NCBI GenBank assembly: GCA_048885925.1
Contig: JBHLLG010000004.1
Span: forward strand, 19,503-83,502
Source of the DNA: Candidatus Hermodarchaeota archaeon
GTDB lineage: Archaea > Asgardarchaeota > Lokiarchaeia > Sigyniarchaeales > SOKP01
Reading direction: 5' to 3'
DNA: 64,000 bases
Below the pieces are notes generated by a model that saw nothing but the letters and a program-made list of their open reading frames with translations, had not been told where the DNA came from and ran no database searches. How positions within the stretch are numbered: position 1 is the first letter of the stretch; the number at the start of each line of letters is the position of its first letter. This document shows, piece after piece, positions 58,560 to 64,000 of the stretch. The position numbers and the translations under genes were made by a program.

Positions 58560-59606
58560 TTAAATAATGATCATTTTATCATAGATAGGATCAGTTAATA
58601 GAATTCTAAAATAAGATAATGTATTTTTATAATTTATTTGTTCTAACTTACCTTCAACTAATACATCCTCACCTTTTTTTGCATGTTCGCAAAAACGACC
58701 CCTGAATGATATAATTTCAATTATATCTTTTTCACGTATTTGATTTAATTTAAATTTGGTTTCGAGCATTTTTTTAGTATTTATTTTATATGAGCAAGGT
58801 GTAAAAAGAGAGTCTGTTGAATCTAAGATATTCGCTTTGAGTTTCACATGTCCATAATTTTTAAACTGATAATCATAAAAATTTCCTTTCCAGTCTCTAG
58901 GGTTTTTTATATATCTAATAAAAAAATTACGATCCATAAATTTACCTTGATGTTGCTTCCTTTGTTCAATTTTCAGAAAATTTTCAAATGAAATACTGGA
59001 TCCACCAGCTCTCCATTGATAATGAGATTTATATTCATCTAAATTATACTTCCGAAAATTACCTGATTTTTTAAATAATTCTGTCAATTTATCTTGAAAG
59101 TTCAAACTGGTTTCAGTACCATATATGATTACATCTATATCTGAATTGTTAGTATCTAACCCAACCATTGTTGACCCAGTAATTCCTATTGAATTCTGAG
59201 AAAGGTTCCCTTCATTAATAAAAAACTCGCATAAATCTTTAGAAATTTTTTGAATTATAGATAAATTTTTTTCATTTAATAATTTTTTAAAGAAGCTGCT
59301 TGGAGTATAAATTTTTTTGATATCTTTTATTTTAACTCCTTGGACCTCCATATCGAGTTCTTTAGAAAAAAAAAGATATTTTGGATATTTCTCTCTTAAA
59401 AAATCATATCTTTCGTATAAGTTGTAAATTTTTTGAAACTTTATACCATCTTTCTCTCTATCTCCATCTGGATGAGGATAAAATCTTAAAAAGCAAATCT
59501 TACGTTCTTTTGGATGAAGTAAACCTTTTACATCAAAAAATAAGTTATCTTTTTTTGTTTCTATATAATCCCCTTCAATACCTTTGATAATTTTCATTAA
59601 TTTCAC
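58560..59606 (-). CDS. Predicted Pol-beta-superfamily nucleotidyltransferase with C-terminal OB-like domain
   Basis: GITGSTMVGLDTNNSDIDVIIYG (GS...DxD NTase motif). C-terminal RGRFCEHAKKGEDVLVEGKLE. Confidence 0.5.
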   Translation of the reverse strand: MKLMKIIKGIEGDYIETKKDNLFFDVKGLLHPKERKICFLRFYPHPDGDREKDGIKFQKIYNLYERYDFLREKYPKYLFFSKELDMEVQGVKIKDIKKIYTPSSFFKKLLNEKNLSIIQKISKDLCEFFINEGNLSQNSIGITGSTMVGLDTNNSDIDVIIYGTETSLNFQDKLTELFKKSGNFRKYNLDEYKSHYQWRAGGSSISFENFLKIEQRKQHQGKFMDRNFFIRYIKNPRDWKGNFYDYQFKNYGHVKLKANILDSTDSLFTPCSYKINTKKMLETKFKLNQIREKDIIEIISFRGRFCEHAKKGEDVLVEGKLEQINYKNTLSYFRILLTDPIYDKMIII

Positions 59607-59617
59607 AATAAATCTGA

Positions 59618-60754
59618 TTAATATTTTGAAGGAGTTTTCGATTTAATTTTATGCTTTGGTATAGTTTTAGTTTTCTTTATTTCCCTTTCAAAGTTTCTTT
59701 TTTCATTTAGAAATCTTTGCTTATCCTGTTCTAATTTTTCTCTTTCACGTCTGATGATACTTTTCTCATTTTCTAAGTATGACTTTTCTTTTTCTAATTG
59801 TCTATAATCATTATTTAATTTACTAAATTTTTCTTCTAATTTTGGGATTTTAGAGTTTAAGGAGTGATAAGTACTTTCTGCTCGAGGTAGCTTTTTCTCT
59901 AATTCATTTAATCTTGCTTCATGTTGCTTTCTTCTTTTTTCTAAATCTTTTACATCTTTTTCCATCTTTTCTTTAGCTTTTCGGAGATCTGCATTCTTTT
60001 TATCAATTTCACGAGCTTTTAGATCTAAATCTTGTTTTCTATAACGAGTTTTTTCTCTTTCTTCTTTCAATTTTTTTTTCTCGTCAGAGATTCGATTTTT
60101 TTCATCATTAATTTCCCTTTTTAAATTACTAATTTCTCTATCTAAATTATCTCTCTCTTTAGTTAAGTGTTTAATTTCATTTCTCAAATCCATTAACTTA
60201 TCTTCTAAATTATTTATAGTTCTATTTAAAGCATCCTCTCTTCTTTCCATTCCGGGAAGTTTTGTTTTAATTTCTTTAATGCGATTTTCTGTGTTTTCTT
60301 TTTCTTTCTCTAATAAATTCTTTTCTTTTCCTATTTGTTCTCGAACTTTATTTAATTTTTCTTGGAATGTTTCTAATTCAGCTTTTTTTTGATTTAACTC
60401 TTCATTTCTTCTTCTGAATTTTTCTTTAAATTGTCTTTCTTTATTAGTTAAATCATCATTTTGCTGTTGAATTTTACTCTTTAGATAATTTAATTCTTTT
60501 TCTAGCTTATCGCGTTTTTCAAGAAGATCTTTGATTTCTAATTCTCGATTTTTTCTTTTTTTTTCAAGATCTTGGACATTATCTTTATAATCTTGAATTT
60601 GTCTAACAACTTTTTCCCATTCGGTTTTTTCTTTATCTAATTTAACTCTTTCTTTTTTTATTTTTTTAAGTAGTTTTTTATCGGAAATTACTTCAATTTC
60701 CTCTTCGGGTGTTTTTTCTCGAATTTGATATTTAGGAATAGTTTCGTCATTCAT
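59618..60754 (-). CDS. Long coiled-coil protein (K/E/R-rich)
   Basis: 378 aa, almost entirely heptad-like charged repeats. No enzymatic motif. Confidence 0.5.
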   Translation of the reverse strand: MNDETIPKYQIREKTPEEEIEVISDKKLLKKIKKERVKLDKEKTEWEKVVRQIQDYKDNVQDLEKKRKNRELEIKDLLEKRDKLEKELNYLKSKIQQQNDDLTNKERQFKEKFRRRNEELNQKKAELETFQEKLNKVREQIGKEKNLLEKEKENTENRIKEIKTKLPGMERREDALNRTINNLEDKLMDLRNEIKHLTKERDNLDREISNLKREINDEKNRISDEKKKLKEEREKTRYRKQDLDLKAREIDKKNADLRKAKEKMEKDVKDLEKRRKQHEARLNELEKKLPRAESTYHSLNSKIPKLEEKFSKLNNDYRQLEKEKSYLENEKSIIRREREKLEQDKQRFLNEKRNFEREIKKTKTIPKHKIKSKTPSKY

Positions 60755-60964
60755 AATAATTTTATACTATTCTTACTTTTTTAATAAAATTATATAATTA
60801 CTAACTCTAAAGTGTTTGCAATCTAAAATCTTAATATTTATTTTTTCTGCTCTATGGAATCTATTTATATATTATAATTTCTATTATCCTCACAACAGAA
60901 AATAGAAAAAAAACCATAAAAATAATATCTAAAATTATTAATTCTAAAACTTGGTGTTGAATAT

Positions 60965-61366
60965 ATGGGTTTTGATGATGATTTTGATGAAGATTTTGAT
61001 GAAGAGCTAGACGAAGATTTGGATGAGGATTTGGATGAAAAAATAGAAGAACCTGCTTCAAAAGCTCCTACAGAAGTAGTTGAATCAAAAACTCCTGCAA
61101 CTAAAGTTATTGTTGAGGGAAAAAAGATATCATTATATTTTATGTCGACAATAGGACCTGGAGAAAAAAAGCAAAAATTACTCGTAAATACTGGAAATAA
61201 TGTTGGAGATGTTAAAGAAACTGTAGCAAACTTATTTGGATTAGATCCTGCTGATTTTCATTTATCATCTGGTGGAGTTACAATGGATGAGAATTCATAT
61301 TTAAAAGATTATAATATAAGTGATGGTGACGATATACTTTTAATTCCAGCGAGTACAGCTGGTTAA
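60965..61366 (+). CDS. Ubiquitin-like beta-grasp protein with acidic N-terminal extension, C-terminus ...STAG (Ubl1)
   Basis: The C-terminal ~75 aa is colinear with 63233..63565 (LYFMSTIGPGEKK, DFHLSSGGVTMDEN, KDYN, GDDILLIPASTAG-stop). It ends on Gly with no extension. Confidence 0.7.
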   Translation: MGFDDDFDEDFDEELDEDLDEDLDEKIEEPASKAPTEVVESKTPATKVIVEGKKISLYFMSTIGPGEKKQKLLVNTGNNVGDVKETVANLFGLDPADFHLSSGGVTMDENSYLKDYNISDGDDILLIPASTAG

Positions 61367-61411
61367 ATATTTAAGTTAAAATCAGTATATTTAAAATAAA
61401 AAATCTTTTTT

Positions 61412-62206
61412 TTAACTCTTTTCTTTTCTTGAGGGAATTAGAGCAATTTCATCATCTTCGCTTATATCATAATCTTTTATTTGTAAGGTTTCATTCAATA
61501 ATATTCCTCCAGAAGAAAGAAGAAAAGATTCTAGATCATAATCAAACAGTTTACCAATTCTCTCCTTAATTAAACTTAGTAATTCCATTCTCTCAATGAT
61601 AATTATTTTTGTTTTTTCTCCAGGTTCAAGTAAAGACCTTACATAAACGCGGGTTTGATCTTCAAGGTCAATAGGATTTATAGGTGGTGTATATACAATA
61701 TCTTCATCAACTCTATCTCTATTCTTTAGCATATTTTCAATCAATACTTTTCTTTCATGTGAATTAAAATAAATCATTTCTCTAATAAACAAAATCTTAT
61801 CCATTTTTGATAATCCGAGAAGATTTATCTTATCCAATTCTTCTTGGCTAAAAATTGAAAAAATATATTTATCAATTATCGGCTTATCCTTATATGATTC
61901 ATTCGATTCAATATATTCTTCTATTGAAGGCATAGCTTCAATATAATCATCAAAAATGCTAGTAGGTATCCTTTTAATTGATTTTTTTTCTGCAATAAAC
62001 TTTTTTTTTCGTACCTTGTCACCCCAATTATCTTGAGATTGAATAATAGTATAAATGGTACTTGTAGATAATATTGCTACACTCCCAATTGTGAGAGAAA
62101 AAAATAATGGAATACTGTCTATACGATAAAAGAAAAAAGCTACATAAGCTAAAATAAAAAAAATATAAAGTGCAAAAACACTAAAAATTCTATATTTTTT
62201 CCTCAT
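61412..62206 (-). CDS. Membrane-anchored protein with C-terminal ubiquitin-like beta-grasp domain
   Basis: Two N-terminal TM segments. C-terminal VYVRSLLEPGEKTKIII...FLLSSGGILLNETLQIKDYDISEDDEIALIPSRKEKS is homologous to the Ubl genes but has no terminal Gly. Confidence 0.6.
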   Translation of the reverse strand: MRKKYRIFSVFALYIFFILAYVAFFFYRIDSIPLFFSLTIGSVAILSTSTIYTIIQSQDNWGDKVRKKKFIAEKKSIKRIPTSIFDDYIEAMPSIEEYIESNESYKDKPIIDKYIFSIFSQEELDKINLLGLSKMDKILFIREMIYFNSHERKVLIENMLKNRDRVDEDIVYTPPINPIDLEDQTRVYVRSLLEPGEKTKIIIIERMELLSLIKERIGKLFDYDLESFLLSSGGILLNETLQIKDYDISEDDEIALIPSRKEKS

Positions 62207-62291
62207 AATTTTTTAAATAGATTTTGTTCTGAATTCTAAATATTTAATTTGACATATAAATTCCATTGGAATAAATTTGAAGTTTTAATAT

Positions 62292-62963
62292 TCATACTCC
62301 TTGAATTGATTTTTTAACTTGAGAATATTTTTCTCTATCTAACCTAAATAACTTTCTTTTTCCATCTTCTTCGATTCTTATCAATTTCAGATCTTTTAGA
62401 ATATCTAAATATTTTTTTATAATATTATGATTTTTTTTCAAATTGACAGATATTTCTGTAATTTTCAGTTCTTTATTTGCTTCTTCCATAAAATTAATTA
62501 TTTTTTGAACGATTTTCTTCTTCAAATAATAATATAATTCATCAAATTCAGGATTTGAATCAAATTTAAAGAAAATTCTGTGATTATTGATTTTTTTTGA
62601 TCTAACAAAATTAAATTTTTCTAAGCAGGATAAATGCCATAAAACTTGGTTGCTTCCGATATTTAAAACTTTCATTATTTTGTTAATATTAGATGGATTC
62701 TTTTTAATATAATTTAGGATCTCATTTCTAGTAGGATTTTCAACTATATTATTTTTCATTAGTCTAGTTCCAGGGATAATAATACGTCTTTTTAGTAACT
62801 TCTTTAAAATTAACTCTATACTATTTTCGTTAATATTAGGATTATATTTTACCCTATTATTTATATAGGATATAATGTCTCTTATCGAAAAAAAGCTCTT
62901 TTTTGTTAAATACTCCTCTACTAATTCAAGAACAATAGGTTCAATATTATTAAGAGAAGTCAT
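62292..62963 (-). CDS. Winged-HTH (ArsR-like) transcriptional regulator, two wHTH units
   Basis: NPTRNEILNYIKKNPSNINKIMKVLNIGSNQVLWHLSCLEKFNFV, plus a second wHTH-like C-terminal unit. Confidence 0.6.
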   Translation of the reverse strand: MTSLNNIEPIVLELVEEYLTKKSFFSIRDIISYINNRVKYNPNINENSIELILKKLLKRRIIIPGTRLMKNNIVENPTRNEILNYIKKNPSNINKIMKVLNIGSNQVLWHLSCLEKFNFVRSKKINNHRIFFKFDSNPEFDELYYYLKKKIVQKIINFMEEANKELKITEISVNLKKNHNIIKKYLDILKDLKLIRIEEDGKRKLFRLDREKYSQVKKSIQGV

Positions 62964-63232
62964 AATCCTATATTATTAATATGTTGAAATTTAATGGGTT
63001 TTATAATTAAATATTCTCTCTAATACAACATTTTATATTTTATATATATTAATAGGCATTCATACAATTTATAATATAATTTATTGAAATTCATAATTTC
63101 TCCATTTTATTCGGGATAAAGATCTGAAAAAACTTCAAAATCATTCCAAAGGGTTTTATAATATTTTTTTAACGCTATTTTATTAAATTTAACAAAATTA
63201 AAAAATCAAATAATTAAAAAAAAGTGATATGA

Positions 63233-63565
63233 ATGAGTTTTGATGAATTTGATGAGGATTTAGGGATGGAGGAACCAGTAAAATCTAAAACTCCCGCTAC
63301 TAAAATTCCTTCCGCAGGAAAGAAATTGACTTTATATTTCATGTCTACCATCGGACCTGGTGAAAAAAAGGAAAAATTAACTGTTAACGATAACAATCGT
63401 ATAAGAGATATTAAAAATACATTAGGAAATTTATATGGACTTGATCCTAATGATTTTCATTTATCTTCGGGTGGAGTTACAATGGATGAAAATAGTACAT
63501 TAAAAGACTATAATCTTAATAATGGTGATGATATTCTTTTAATTCCTGCTAGCACAGCTGGATAA
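63233..63565 (+). CDS. Ubiquitin-like beta-grasp protein, C-terminus ...STAG (Ubl2)
   Basis: 110 aa. Short acidic N-terminus (MSFDEFDEDLGMEEP), KTPATK motif, beta-grasp core shared with Ubl1. It lies directly upstream of the E1-like gene. Confidence 0.7.
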   Translation: MSFDEFDEDLGMEEPVKSKTPATKIPSAGKKLTLYFMSTIGPGEKKEKLTVNDNNRIRDIKNTLGNLYGLDPNDFHLSSGGVTMDENSTLKDYNLNNGDDILLIPASTAG

Positions 63566-63597
63566 ACTTATATAATTTTTTTCATAAACTATAATGT

Positions 63598-63630
63598 AAG
63601 GGCTTTAAGCCCTTAAATTTTTTTTATTTT
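63598..63630 (+). terminator. GC-clamped hairpin plus oligo-T tract between Ubl2 and the E1-like gene
   Basis: AAGGGC (63598-603) pairs with GCCCTT (63609-614) around a 5-nt loop, followed by a T-run from 63618. It is the only GC-rich stem in this AT-rich spacer. Confidence 0.4.
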
Positions 63631-63646
63631 ATAATGATTATTATTG

Positions 63647-64000
63647 GTGTTTATATTGAAAAATAGGTCAGATTTTTTTAGTAAAGAGCTAACAACGGAA
63701 GAGAAAAAATTATACGACCGCCAATTTAGGCTTGAAGGATGGTCGCAAAAATTAGTAAAGAATTCTCGCGTTTTAATGATAGGTGTAGGAGGATTAGGGT
63801 GCGAAATTGCAAAGAATCTAGCAATGCTAGGAGTAGGGCATTTAGATTTAGTAGATCTTGATATCATTGAACATTCAAATCTAAATCGCCAAATCTTATT
63901 TGCTGGAGCAAAAGTAGGAGAATCAAAAGCACTTGTTGCAGCAAGAAAATTAACTGAAATTAACCCTAATACTATAATAAAAGGTTATCAAACTTCCCTA
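63647..64000 (+). CDS. E1-like ubiquitin-activating / ThiF-MoeB-UbaA family protein (N-terminal part, continues past window)
   Basis: YDRQFRLEGW, GVGGLGCEIAKNLAMLGVG (GxGxxG), DLDIIEHSNLNRQILF. The start is uncertain (TTG 63644, GTG 63647 or TTG 63656). The listed antisense ORF 63613..63867 is a shadow. Confidence 0.85.
   Translation, partial: MFILKNRSDFFSKELTTEEKKLYDRQFRLEGWSQKLVKNSRVLMIGVGGLGCEIAKNLAMLGVGHLDLVDLDIIEHSNLNRQILFAGAKVGESKALVAARKLTEINPNTIIKGYQTSL

Noticed and set aside
60861-61061. Minus-strand ORF rich in His/Asn/Pro repeats (HPNPHPNLRLALHQNLHQNHHQNP).
   Set aside because: It is the antisense reading of the GAT/GAA acidic-repeat region of Ubl1. The repeat periodicity is explained by the sense-strand D/E-F repeats.
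63613-63867. Minus-strand ORF of 84 aa.
   Set aside because: It is antisense to the E1-like gene, whose GxGxxG and NLNRQ motifs define the true frame.
1-64000. Search by eye for CRISPR arrays, tRNA/rRNA genes, C/D-box sRNAs and intact IS elements.
   Set aside because: I saw no regularly spaced direct repeats and no GC-rich cloverleaf-sized islands. UGAUGA boxes (for example near 21135 and 54153) lack matching CUGA D boxes at sRNA distance. No transposase-length ORF is present. tRNAscan-SE, Infernal and CRISPR finders would be needed for a definitive negative.

Overview
Strongly AT-rich, gene-dense chromosomal segment with about 70 coding regions. I recognised no rRNA, tRNA, CRISPR array or intact mobile element. 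Archaeal hallmarks are an archaeal-type AlaRS, DTD2, endonuclease Q, PDO-type disulfide oxidoreductases, Lrp/AsnC regulators and FtsZ. An Arf-like small GTPase, longin/roadblock-like proteins and a ubiquitin-like/E1 cluster suggest an anaerobic Asgard (Loki-like) archaeon; this is inference only. Roughly 3-34 kb is one large redox, oxygen-defence and sulfur-trafficking neighbourhood. It contains TusA, IscS, IscU, a CoADR-rhodanese relay protein, rubrerythrin, superoxide reductase, flavodiiron protein, two rubredoxins missing from the ORF track, NROR, a CooS-family protein, Isf, FTR-like protein, HdrD-like protein, two PDOs, TrxR and Hsp20. 34-44 kb holds an ArsR / Arf-like GTPase / histidine kinase / response-regulator gene string and a cluster of five paralogous Lrp-like regulators with Cys-rich tails. 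45-60 kb is housekeeping (DTD2, AlaRS, FtsZ, EndoQ). 61-64 kb carries three beta-grasp (ubiquitin-like) paralogs and an E1-like gene. The most striking observation is that the CooS-family gene is split by a 32-nt insert that folds into a textbook helix-bulge-helix-bulge-helix (BHB) motif. Its two bulges are exactly 32 nt apart, so excision would restore the frame; this is a candidate endonuclease-spliced intron in a protein-coding mRNA.
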